Of a stretch of 64,000 bases of DNA, positions 17,132 to 26,679 are shown piece after piece. The notes below the pieces were generated by a model. That model saw nothing but the letters and a program-made list of their open reading frames with translations. It searched no databases and was not told the origin of the DNA. How positions within the stretch are numbered: position 1 is the stretch's first letter; the number at the start of each line of letters is the position of its first letter. The stretch lies in sequence record LC727697.1. One strand, 5' to 3'. A program made the translations under genes and the position numbers.

Positions 17132-17344
17132 TTATTTCTTGGACTGAAATTGGATAGTAACAAACATATAGCTTAACCGCGCAACACCCCAAATAACCGA
17201 TAGAAGGGAAATAAAGATAACAACTGGATTATTGTCAGTATTGTTATCTATATACATTACTAAATTTATACCGCATATAAACACAATCATTATCAACGAA
17301 GTTACACAGACGTTGTATAGCACAGTGGTAACTAATTTAAGCAT
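17132..17344 (-). CDS. small membrane protein
   Basis: Two TM helices; GGGG SD-like. Confidence 0.65.
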   Translation of the reverse strand: MLKLVTTVLYNVCVTSLIMIVFICGINLVMYIDNNTDNNPVVIFISLLSVIWGVARLSYMFVTIQFQSKK

Positions 17345-17602
17345 GTTTTAAACCCCCTACAAAGCGCATGTAAGCATGCATTTTAAAAGCAGTATGTGTG
17401 TATTGCTTGTAACGCATACCCCGCAAAATCGTGCAAAAAATGCACATTTTAACGCTATATACTGTCATGTTACGGGTACGGGACCTGCGTTTCCTACGTA
17501 AAGCATTATCTTCTTTGTTTTGCTAAAATGTATGCCGTGCGCATAGTAAGACAATCTGTATATGCTATGCAATTGAACATATCTTTTTAATCTAATCATA
17601 CA

Positions 17603-17908
17603 CTATTTTCTGAAGAAGAGAATAAGTGTAGTATACTCTTCGCAACAATCATTATTTGCCCATTGAATAGAAAAGGGCAAATTTAAATCTTTTTGAATCA
17701 AATAATTGCTCACAACTGATTCGACATTAATTTGTTCTGCCGAATCTAATTTACCATTTTTGCGAATATTTCGTATTGTAACGGTATTACACAAATTACC
17801 ATTTGTGTAAAATATATCCGAATACTTTACATTAATAGATTTTAGGGCATTAACGATTGTTGTTTGCATATGCTGAAATCCCTTTGAGGCATTCTTTGTT
17901 ATGTACAA
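17603..17908 (-). CDS. hypothetical protein
   Basis: ORF; start uncertain. Confidence 0.55.
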   Translation of the reverse strand: MYITKNASKGFQHMQTTIVNALKSINVKYSDIFYTNGNLCNTVTIRNIRKNGKLDSAEQINVESVVSNYLIQKDLNLPFSIQWANNDCCEEYTTLILFFRK

Positions 17909-18191
17909 ATTTTCTATATTTAGAACCTTCTATATAGAAACTAACAAGTATAATTAGATTGTCATCTCGCACTTGTATACATTTTGAGAACCGTCGCCCG
18001 AACAAATTGTCTATAGTATTAGTTTTGTACTGTAAGAGAGGTATATTAATCATTAATGCAAAATAAGTAACACACAAATTTTAATACATGTAAGATGTAT
18101 TGCACACTGTATTTTAAAATATCAATTGCACTGTTATATAATATATTAACAGCAAATACTTTTAATAGCAACTGATTGTTTATATGCAATT

Positions 18192-18210
18192 ACAAATAAG
18201 AGTAATTTGC
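18192..18210. promoter_or_regulatory. Fur-box-like operator
   Basis: ACAAAT AAGAGT A ATTTGC. Confidence 0.65.
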
Positions 18211-18239
18211 AATTGCAACTCATACAATAAGAAAATGAA

Positions 18240-18389
18240 TTAGATAATAAATGATACCTTAGTAATATTGAAAGAATATGTAGGCCAAATAGAAGTAGAA
18301 TTATTAATCTTAATATCTATCATATGTATACCATAAGCTTTATGATATAGTATATTAGATAGACCGTTTGATATAAAGAATATATTCAT
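18240..18389 (-). CDS. single-unit member of the microprotein family (49 aa)
   Basis: Manual translation MNIFFISNGLSNI... Confidence 0.5.
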   Translation of the reverse strand: MNIFFISNGLSNILYHKAYGIHMIDIKINNSTSIWPTYSFNITKVSFII

Positions 18390-18523
18390 ATTAATACTTT
18401 TTTATAAAAGTAATGCAAGTATTGTCTAATATAGGAACTGTCGGAATAATTATCATTAAAGAAAACGCAGGTGTGTTTACTTCTAGATAGTAGTCATATG
18501 TAAAATTATTGACTGTTATATAG

Positions 18524-18748
18524 TCATTTCTTATTCCACGACATATCTCTAATATAGTGTTCATAACTTCCTACAGGTATTGTATTAGAAATAATTTTAG
18601 ATACAAGTATGTTATTATAAAATGGATAGGTTATAAAAATATCAGCGTCGCGTGTTATTATGTCTATGTAACAGCATTGTGTCGCTGGCATAGAATACCA
18701 AGTTATTGCATACAAACTAGCTGATATAGAAAATATAGTTAAAGACAC
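18524..18748 (-). CDS. hypothetical, family-like N-terminus
   Basis: SLTIFSISASLYAI. Confidence 0.5.
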   Translation of the reverse strand: MSLTIFSISASLYAITWYSMPATQCCYIDIITRDADIFITYPFYNNILVSKIISNTIPVGSYEHYIRDMSWNKK

Positions 18749-18781
18749 AGTAGTATAGTATATAGATTATATGGTCATGAA

Positions 18782-18808
18782 GAAAGGGGAGCAAATTGCT
18801 CCCCTTTC
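18782..18808 (-). terminator. intrinsic terminator
   Basis: GAAAGGGGAGC-AAATT-GCTCCCCTTTC. Confidence 0.8.
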
Positions 18809-18823
18809 GGCGCAGTTGGGCAA

Positions 18824-19528
18824 TTACTTGCTTTCCTGCGCCGCCCCGGCGATCGCTGCGTTCTTTTCAGCGACCTTTTCGGCGCGCTCAGCTTCGCGCT
18901 TGGCCTTGCGTTCGTCAGCTTCGCGCTTGGCAGCCGCCGCTTTTTCTTCGCGTTCCTTCTTCTCGGCATCGCGCTTGGCCTTGCGTTCGGCAGCTTCTGC
19001 CTCGGCCTGCGCTTTGCGGTTGATCAGGAAGCCCTTGCCGCTGTTCGCCTTGCCGGCGCCGAGTTCAAAGACGAAGCCCAGGCGACGCAGCTTGTTGCCG
19101 ACGGAAGTGCTGTTCTGCTCGAAGTTGGCCTTGTCGACCCCGTCGAACACCAGGGTAGCTTCGTCGAAGCCGGTGTGGGTGATGGCCGCCTTGACGATCG
19201 CGATCGCGTTGCTGAGCCGGCTTTCGTCGGTGAGCGGTTTCGGACCCTTCTGCCCGGGAACTTTCGGTTCCGGGGTGTACTTGGCCGCCAGTTCCTTGCC
19301 GTCGAGCGCCTGCTCGATTTCGCGGGTGATGCGGATCGCGCTGAACACTTCCTTCTGCTCGAACTGTACGACGGTGCCATCTGCCAGTTCGACTTCGGCG
19401 GTCGCCGACCAGGTGCGCTTGCTCGGGGTGGTGTAAGTAGCCATGGTCTGGCCGATGACCACGCCGTTGATTGCCAGTGCCAGGACGTGCTGTTTGTCGG
19501 TACGTTGACGAGTGATATGTACGGACAT
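18824..19528 (-). CDS. early protein with Ala/Lys/Glu/Arg-rich coiled-coil tail; paralog of 659-1114
   Basis: Strongly GC3-rich codons, GAGG SD, tandem promoters, terminator. Confidence 0.9.
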   Translation of the reverse strand: MSVHITRQRTDKQHVLALAINGVVIGQTMATYTTPSKRTWSATAEVELADGTVVQFEQKEVFSAIRITREIEQALDGKELAAKYTPEPKVPGQKGPKPLTDESRLSNAIAIVKAAITHTGFDEATLVFDGVDKANFEQNSTSVGNKLRRLGFVFELGAGKANSGKGFLINRKAQAEAEAAERKAKRDAEKKEREEKAAAAKREADERKAKREAERAEKVAEKNAAIAGAAQESK

Positions 19529-19611
19529 GTTGTATACCTCTGTAGCTGATGGAAGGATTATGTTGTTTACTTACTACACTTTCGGGGCACTTACCCCTTA
19601 AGCTTGTATAC

Positions 19612-19735
19612 AGTGTAGAGCCTAGTTTGCATTGCGTCAAGCATTTTTTGTTTACTTTCTGCGTTGCTTACTATGTAGCGCTCTACACACTGCGTCTACA
19701 GTTCGCACTTTAAGGTCGTAGTAATGGAAAGTCAA
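19612..19735 (-). promoter_or_regulatory. tandem sigma70 promoters with A-tract UP elements
   Basis: TTGACG-17-TACACT (19612-19640) and TTGACT-17-TAAAGT (19707-19735), both preceded by AAAAAATGC. Confidence 0.85.
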
Positions 19736-19901
19736 GCATTTTTTAAAATATTTTTAAATTATTTTTTACCATCTTGTATACGCGCGCGAGCTATATATAG
19801 CAAGGTCAATCAGTATGGTGTAGAATTATAATTTATAAACAAATCAACTACTTATCTACTATCCATTTCCAAGTATGCTACCAATCCATATACTGGGCAG
19901 T

Positions 19902-20025
19902 GCAAATGCAAATAAGATTAATTATTATTTGCATATTCTTTTTCGTTGCAAATGCAAATACGAATTAGTCTTATTTACAATAACAAATGAAATTACAAAC
20001 GCAAATAAGAATTAGTCTTATTTGC
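19902..20025. promoter_or_regulatory. cluster of three 25-bp Fur-box-like operators
   Basis: GCAAAT AAGATT A ATTATT ATTTGC (19908); GCAAAT ACGAAT T AGTCTT ATTTAC (19954); GCAAAT AAGAAT T AGTCTT ATTTGC (20001). Confidence 0.75.
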
Positions 20026-20029
20026 AATA

Positions 20030-20113
20030 ACAAATGAAATAGAGATGAATAAGGAAATGAATAAGGAAGTGACAAATGAAATAGAGATGAATAAAGAAAT
20101 GAATAAGGAAGTG
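20030..20113 (+). repeat. 42-bp purine-rich tandem duplication
   Basis: ACAAATGAAATAGAGATGAATAA(G/A)GAAATGAATAAGGAAGTG x2. Confidence 0.9.
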
Positions 20114-20132
20114 AATAAGAGAATATCTGCTC

Positions 20133-20410
20133 AAAAAGAAAGGCAAACATAAGTCTGCCTTTCTGATATAAATGCTCCTCAGAACAGTCACGTGCTCTGT
20201 ATCTGGGCAAATTATGCTCGTCAGCACAACGGAGCGGTATATCTTGCCTAAGGAATTGTTATTTGTATAAAGCCCCTTACTCTTTATACTCAGCTAGAAT
20301 ATACAATACTAAGGAATCACTAGCATCATCCTTAGGTCTATCTGGTTATACCAGAATCGACATATCTAAACAACATAGGAGGTATTTACGTATGCAACAG
20401 CGCATAACTT
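20133..20410 (-). ncRNA. candidate structured ncRNA 3 (about 275 nt)
   Basis: Promoter TTTACA-17-TATACT (20417-20445); terminator AGAAAGGCA..TGCCTTTCT-TTTT (20133-20164); several hairpins. Confidence 0.65.
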
Positions 20411-20630
20411 GTATATAGTATATGCATATGTGTATGTAATGTAAATGTTATTTTTATTAATTTACAGATAGTTTCTGTTCTTAATCTTTTCTAAACTATC
20501 AAAAATAAAAGATTAGCCAATGCATCGACAACATGCGCGATTGCATTTTGCATATACACTCAGAACACAAAATGTAAATGCAAAATGCAAATGCGGATCC
20601 GAGTTTGTGCCTAAAATTGAATTTGGAAAC

Positions 20631-20673
20631 CGGAATTGCGATTTAGAATTCCAAAACCTAAATCGCAATTCCG
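20631..20673. repeat. perfect 16-bp inverted repeat
   Basis: CGGAATTGCGATTTAG-11-CTAAATCGCAATTCCG. Confidence 0.95.
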
Positions 20674-20686
20674 AATGGCCGAATAC

Positions 20687-21094
20687 TTACTGATGAATGC
20701 CCATCTGGTGTTTCAGGTACTCGAGGGCGTTGTAGCTATTGCACTCGGCTTCGCTGCGAAGCTGACCTTCGCTTGCCGGGTAATATAGATCGCCTTTGCC
20801 TTGTGCTAGCAAGAAGCACATAGCACGAACGAGACCTTCAGACTGCACATGACTTACAGAAGACATCTGTGCATTGAGAAGTTCGGTGCCGTTAAACTCG
20901 ATGTAGTCGCCGCTTTCGAGACGACTCGCAGCATGTTCACGTCCGGTCTTGCGGTTGAAGTTATCCATTTCCGAACATGCTGCTACGGAAATACGGATCT
21001 TGTTGCCGGCGGTTTCCCAGGCAACAGTAGCGCCACGGCGGTTATCGATCTGTTGAGTTTCTTCGTTGTAGAAACGAATGTGAGTATGTTGCAT
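20687..21094 (-). CDS. conserved-looking phage hypothetical protein
   Basis: G.TVA...A.CS..DNF.RK.GR..A..RL motif; GC-rich codons. Confidence 0.8.
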   Translation of the reverse strand: MQHTHIRFYNEETQQIDNRRGATVAWETAGNKIRISVAACSEMDNFNRKTGREHAASRLESGDYIEFNGTELLNAQMSSVSHVQSEGLVRAMCFLLAQGKGDLYYPASEGQLRSEAECNSYNALEYLKHQMGIHQ

Positions 21095-21129
21095 GTATAC
21101 TATACCTTTTCTAGACCATTAGTTGTTTG

Positions 21130-21537
21130 TTGAGTTTGGGTAGCACTCACCTACCCCCTTCACTGCGAGATTACTAACTGAAGGTTTTGCTTTTACGTTT
21201 AATACATGGTGTAATCTAATATCTTACAGCATGTATACGGTTGCATAGAACTTTATATCATATTAAAGTATTTTAGAAAGGACTGTCTGGGATAGCAACC
21301 ATCACCTACAGCTTCCTGATAGTGCATTCCTTCTAATACACTATCCTACGAGAAAATTTCGAAGGTTCTTTGGAAGTTTTTATGCCCATTCAAATATAAT
21401 GTGTAGGCTATAATGCCTAGGAATGAGCTGGATATTTGTTCTTTACACAGCATCTTCCAACCGTATTTGCCTGTGTATCCTGTAACATCACTGTTACAGA
21501 CTTTTTAACTTACTTAACAAGTAACTGTTTAGTAAGC
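21130..21537 (-). ncRNA. candidate structured ncRNA 4 or long structured 5' leader (about 400 nt)
   Basis: Promoter TAGACA-16-TG-TAATAT (21544-21571); long-range helix, GUGA tetraloop, G-U pair valid only on minus strand. Confidence 0.6.
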
Positions 21538-21602
21538 ATGTATATATTAGCATAATGCACTTATTTGTCTATGGTTATATTGTGTGTTTAGTAGAAAGCT
21601 CA

Positions 21603-22266
21603 TCAATTTTTATACAGGAAATCAATATATACATCTATGCCAGTATCTGGAGGCCAAGGATAAGCCCAACATTCGTTACTAGTAATATCTCCCATCACCC
21701 TTTCACTTATTATATTTGAAATACAGAATATACCTATATGATTTTTTAAATTAGTTAATATAATATATTTGTATGGTTTTGATACAAATATTAATTCACT
21801 AACACCATTAAGATTATATAGCCGTGCCATATCATGTCTTATACTAATATAATCACTAGCACTCGAAAATATTAATATTTCAATCATATGGTTTGTGCAT
21901 ATCCTTTATACATATCCTCGTAAATTCTGATACTATTAGTACCTATTAATGAAAATATAGTTATTCTATCAGCATCTCGAAAATATGTAGGTTTTGAAAA
22001 TCTAAGAATGTCATAAAAATGACAATCTATAAAGTGACATCCTCTTTGCAATTTAAATATATTGAATTTCATACTAGTATACCTGTATCTAAAAATCTAT
22101 ATATTGCAGCGTTTACATAGAATGTTTGATGTATATATTTTGTTATTGCAGGTAATACATATGTAGCGCCTACAGAATAATTATAATAGGTATCATTACT
22201 AATGTATATTCTATTCGATTTCATCAAAATAGATGAAGAATTATAAGACAGATCGAATATATTCAT
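21603..22266 (-). CDS. three small ORFs (21603-21887, 21884-22072, 22069-22266), microprotein family-like
   Basis: EILIFSSASDYI, NIFKLQRGCHFI, NIFDLSYNSSSI; overlapping stop/start. Confidence 0.6.
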
Positions 22267-24335
22267 CTACTGTAAAACTCGGATGTATTACAATTCTGCT
22301 ATTCGTTTTATATAATACACAAATTGAATCATAATTTACATCTTTAATGAAATATGTATGATAAAAAAGTCTGATAGTCATGCAATTTTGTGATATTACA
22401 AATATACGCATATCATTTAAGTATTTTTATATCTCGGGAATACCTACCGCTGTCGTTACGTTCAATTAGAATGTAATACACATTGCCTGACTTAAAACGA
22501 GCTTTCTGCAAAGATATGGAACATAATGTGAGTTGATATTGTAATAGATCATTCATATAGTATGCCTATTTAAAAGAATTCTTCTTACACTATTAAAATT
22601 TATATAAATTTATTTTCAACTGAGCACAATAATATTGTATAGTTCCTAAAAGACAATATGAATTATATATTTCTATTGAATCACTATGTTGTCTGTCTAT
22701 TTTGTAGCAACTAGCAGACAATTTAAATACCCAATCGATCATTTTAGTTTTAGATTCTAAAAGTATTTTATTTTACTTACAATCTTAATATAAAATATAA
22801 TTCTTTAATAATAGGTGATTCTTTGTTTGTATCTTTATTCATAAATTTTTATGCCGAAAAATACAACTTGTTTTTGTTAATTAATACTTCGGTGATCGGG
22901 CGGCAGAAATATAGCATGAAATAACTCAATTTCCTCGCCGGCTTTTTCATAAAAATGCAAGTGACGCCACATTAACTCCATCTTAATTGTATCCACCCTG
23001 CGTTGGAACTGTAGCAATATATCTAACATATATGTAGTCCTGTACAATAAATTACCACTAACATTTTTCCATAAATATAAACTTCAAATGTTTTATTAAA
23101 AATAGAAAAACTAATTAAAGAAACATTAAAAGAAATAAAAATAAGATTATACACCATACAGTATAGTTCGTGTAGTTTGACACGGAAAGATAGTAATATT
23201 ATTATATATTATGGAAACTGATATTACTGATCTAGTAAATGATTCAAATGATATAGACTCTACACCGCTGCATACAGTTAAAATGTAATTATATTTGAGA
23301 GTATCTATATATTCTAACATTTTAAGAATTGTTTATTAATATATAACATACCTGACTTAATATATACAATAAGACAGGAAGGCTGTCGAAAAATCTTTAT
23401 TTTATCTGCACGATTAGACATATACAACAGTGTAGTGAAATGATGATCTTGCATTATAGTTTCCCACACGTTGTATAATAATGGTAGTAGTATTTTCCGA
23501 TTGATTTAAATATAGAAACACGTAATACTTTGCTTGTTCTTCTTTCTAATATTATTTTTGACGTGTTATGTGATATTAGAACTATATTTTTACGAATCAT
23601 ACAATACTATAAAGTAATTCAATACATGTCGTATAGTTAATAAGCATATATTATATGAAAGATAATCCTATACATGCAAATGTAACCTACATTATACAGA
23701 TATAGTTCTTAAGATGCAACGCAATTATGTACAAGTGAGAGATATATTGAAATTCTTGCAGAATCATATCGCACAACATGAACTCTAAAAGTATGATTCT
23801 GAATAACAAATATAGAAACATTTTTCTTTGCTGCTCTATTCATTTATTACTCTCATGTATTAGTAATTAACGATATGTTTATTTGTATCTAATTATTACA
23901 ATGAAATGTATGTCATCATTTTTGTTTAGAAAGTTCACAACTAAAATATCACTGTTTTTACAAAAACGAAACATAATATTAGAAGTATTGTAAGAACATT
24001 CAAGGATACTGGTCATGTTATATATGCAAACGAGTCTACCATATAAAATGCAAGACCGTCTTTTGCCTTTATGAGTATCGAGTAGTATACTATATCTCTA
24101 AGTCTTGCTGTATTTGCACATATTTCGTATGCATGCGATGAAAATTCTATTATATCTTTTATACCATTCATCTTAGATATGCAACACTAATTATAATAAT
24201 TTTTTCATTACTATTATAAATGCATGCTAATAGATACGTGCTACATAGCGATGAATCTATTGTATGTGCGCATGAAGATACCTGCAACATATCATAATGT
24301 ATATCGTGATTTATAATATTTTTATTTATGAACAT
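22241..24335 (-). CDS. string of 45-56 aa single-unit microprotein ORFs below the ORF-track cutoff
   Basis: Manually translated: 22241-22411 MRIFVISQNCMTI, 22413-22556, 22593-22742 MIDWVFKLSASCYKI, 22877-23029 MLDILLQFQRRVDTI, 23314-23454 LLYMSNRADKI, 23454-23600 NIVLISHNTSKI, 23879-24016 MTSILECSYNTSNI, 24013-24171 DIIEFSSHAYEI, 24168-24335 DMLQVSSCAHTI. Confidence 0.6.
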
Positions 24336-25542
24336 TTATTCTAATTCTAACATATGAATCTGAATACACATTAATACCTGTTGGGGATATTCTAGTATAC
24401 CATCTATTAAGATAGTGTTGAATACAAACTATATTATGAATTGATACCGGCGACATAAGTGTTAACGCTTGTTTGTGTGTAAACGAACATAATGTATAGG
24501 ATATGACGACGCATTATAAAATACTAAACAATGAGCACTAGTTATATAATTAGTATTAAACCGGTGCGTATTAAGCGATAATTCAACTATATTACTTATT
24601 GGTTTTTTCATTTAATTTATATGTTAGAGTAAGAAAATTATTGCATTCTACTTGTAATATATTACATTCACATGCATCAAAATAATATATGCTGATATGA
24701 CGTACATTATACTGTATGTAGAATACGTTCTTATATAAGCCCGGGGGTATCATCATATAAAATCAATCTACCGTACTCATAATATATAATAACACTAAAA
24801 CGATTAACTGATATATAGCATGAGTTAAATGAAATGTATGTTATTTTATCAATATCTGTTGCCATTATTAAACTGTATTACATACAACCAGATTCTATAT
24901 AATTTAATATGTTCTTAGATAACATTAATTGTAAACACATAATTGCCATGTCTGTCATACATTTTAATCTTGTATACAATGCGTCTGACATGTATAACAC
25001 AAATATAGCAAGTATTGCGTGATAAGAGAAATATTCCCATTTGTTTTAATACACAACAAAGATAATTTTATTATTTTTATTTAAGAAGAAAATGTTATAG
25101 TAGCTGTCAGTTGTTATATTATATGTATGGTGACATACATACATTAATTCTAATATATTTGTTACCATTTATCTGATACGACCTGCAGAAATATATAGGG
25201 TAGTATACCGCAATGACATAAACGAGCATAGGTATACTTTTTGATCCCATAATATTTTAAATTTAAACATATTTGTACAATATGATAATTTAAATATATT
25301 ATGCATATTAATCCTTTATATAAAAGATTTTTAGAAACAACAATGTCAAAATACTCAACAAACAATACTGTATAACATGTTTTTGCGTTAAATGCAAACA
25401 CGCTACCATAAGCAGCAATGTATTTCGTCGCCGTCTTTATCACAAAACACTATACTATCATAAATAGAATCAAAACAGATAATATGTAGATTTGATTGTA
25501 GTCGTATCAACATTGCAACAGGCGGAATAAAACTTATAAACA

Positions 25543-25842
25543 TTATGACCTTAGTATAATATAATGGAGTGTTTGATACGATTTGTCGTGAATGCACATA
25601 CTGTCTATAACAAATAATATTGCGTGTGTTTTCGATTGTAAGTGTATAATTCCTATTTTGTCTGTAATAGCAGAATATTCAGCCGAAGCCCTTGCATATG
25701 ATTCACTACCCGATGGTACCAATAATCTCTTATATACAGACAGTCTGTAATAAAGTGAATAGTTATTACTATAAAATAGATATGATTTATAAACAGTTTC
25801 TATTTTATGAGCACTGTGTTGAATATACAGTATAAAATCCAT
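25543..25842 (-). CDS. two-unit microprotein family member
   Basis: MDFILYIQHSAHKI ... GIIHLQSKTHAI. Confidence 0.75.
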   Translation of the reverse strand: MDFILYIQHSAHKIETVYKSYLFYSNNYSLYYRLSVYKRLLVPSGSESYARASAEYSAITDKIGIIHLQSKTHAILFVIDSMCIHDKSYQTLHYIILRS

Positions 25843-26132
25843 TAAATATCCCTAGCATATGATGAGTGTATAATGGCATAATTTTTATCATACATATATA
25901 TTGTATGATAAGGTAAACTAAGGGTAAACTTAATAGAATTAATGGCATGTTGCAAATACACCATGCCATTCTTATCATTATTATATAACTTGAATATTAT
26001 TTCAAAATAATATACATATTTGCCTATATCCAAACAAAATATAGTATCACTGTTTATATTTTGAAATACAAATAATGCACTAAACTGTGATATTAGCACA
26101 GTTTTATGCTGAAGTGTTAATATTAAATCCAT
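25842..26132 (-). CDS. two-unit microprotein family member
   Basis: MDLILTLQHKTVLI ... GMVYLQHAINSI. Confidence 0.75.
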   Translation of the reverse strand: MDLILTLQHKTVLISQFSALFVFQNINSDTIFCLDIGKYVYYFEIIFKLYNNDKNGMVYLQHAINSIKFTLSLPYHTIYMYDKNYAIIHSSYARDI

Positions 26133-26145
26133 TTATATTTCTGTC

Positions 26146-26372
26146 TTATTGACAATATATAATACTACGAGTTTTATCATAAAAACAATATACTGAAAAA
26201 CGAAATGTTATTTGCATAGTATTGTTAGACAAATATAATATATCATATTCTTCGTTCATATTTAAAATATAATATAATGAGTTAACCTCGGTTCACGTGT
26301 TTTTACAGTTAATCCAAGTGCCTTCAACGAAATATATTTAGACTGGTTACTAATTAGTAATATATAATTCAT
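26146..26372 (-). pseudogene. frameshifted two-unit family member
   Basis: MNYILLISNQSKYI in one frame, DILYLSNNTMQI in another; one extra T in a T-run would join them. Confidence 0.55.
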
Positions 26373-26376
26373 ATCA

Positions 26377-26679
26377 TTATACATATTCGTTTGTGTCAAA
26401 CAAAGTCTCCCAGTGAATAGAAATAAAATCTACACTATCAAAAAATATACATTTACCGTGTGTTACAAACCGGTGTGTATTCTGCTGCAAATGAATTATA
26501 CCTAGTAGTTCATTAGGAAATGTTTTATAGTTAACAAATCCTCCCTTTTTATTACAAAAATATATTGAGTCGTATTCATTAATAAAGAACCTTATTTGTA
26601 AAGTTTCTATATCATAAAAACAACCTTGTATTCTTATAACTTCACTGCTAAGGATCAATATAATATCCATACTAGTCAC
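26377..26679 (-). CDS. two-unit microprotein family member
   Basis: MDIILILSSEVIRI ... GIIHLQQNTHRF. Confidence 0.75.
   Translation of the reverse strand: MTSMDIILILSSEVIRIQGCFYDIETLQIRFFINEYDSIYFCNKKGGFVNYKTFPNELLGIIHLQQNTHRFVTHGKCIFFDSVDFISIHWETLFDTNEYV

Noticed and set aside
18775-19640. Alternative minus-frame ORFs 18775-18969, 19024-19380, 19065-19640
   Set aside because: Off-frame products of the GC3-rich gene 18824-19528; Arg/Pro/Ser-rich and without SD.
19971-20227. ORFs 19971-20210 and 20018-20227
   Set aside because: Low-complexity translations of the operator cluster and purine-rich tandem, crossing a terminator.
6558-21537. Assignment of the ncRNA candidates to tmRNA, SRP, 6S, RNase P, hammerhead or RsmY/Z-type RNAs
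   Set aside because: By eye there is no tRNA-like ends plus tag ORF, no SRP loop and no CUGAUGA/GAAA core; GGA motifs counted in ncRNA 2 are not clearly above chance. An Infernal search is needed for a firm negative.
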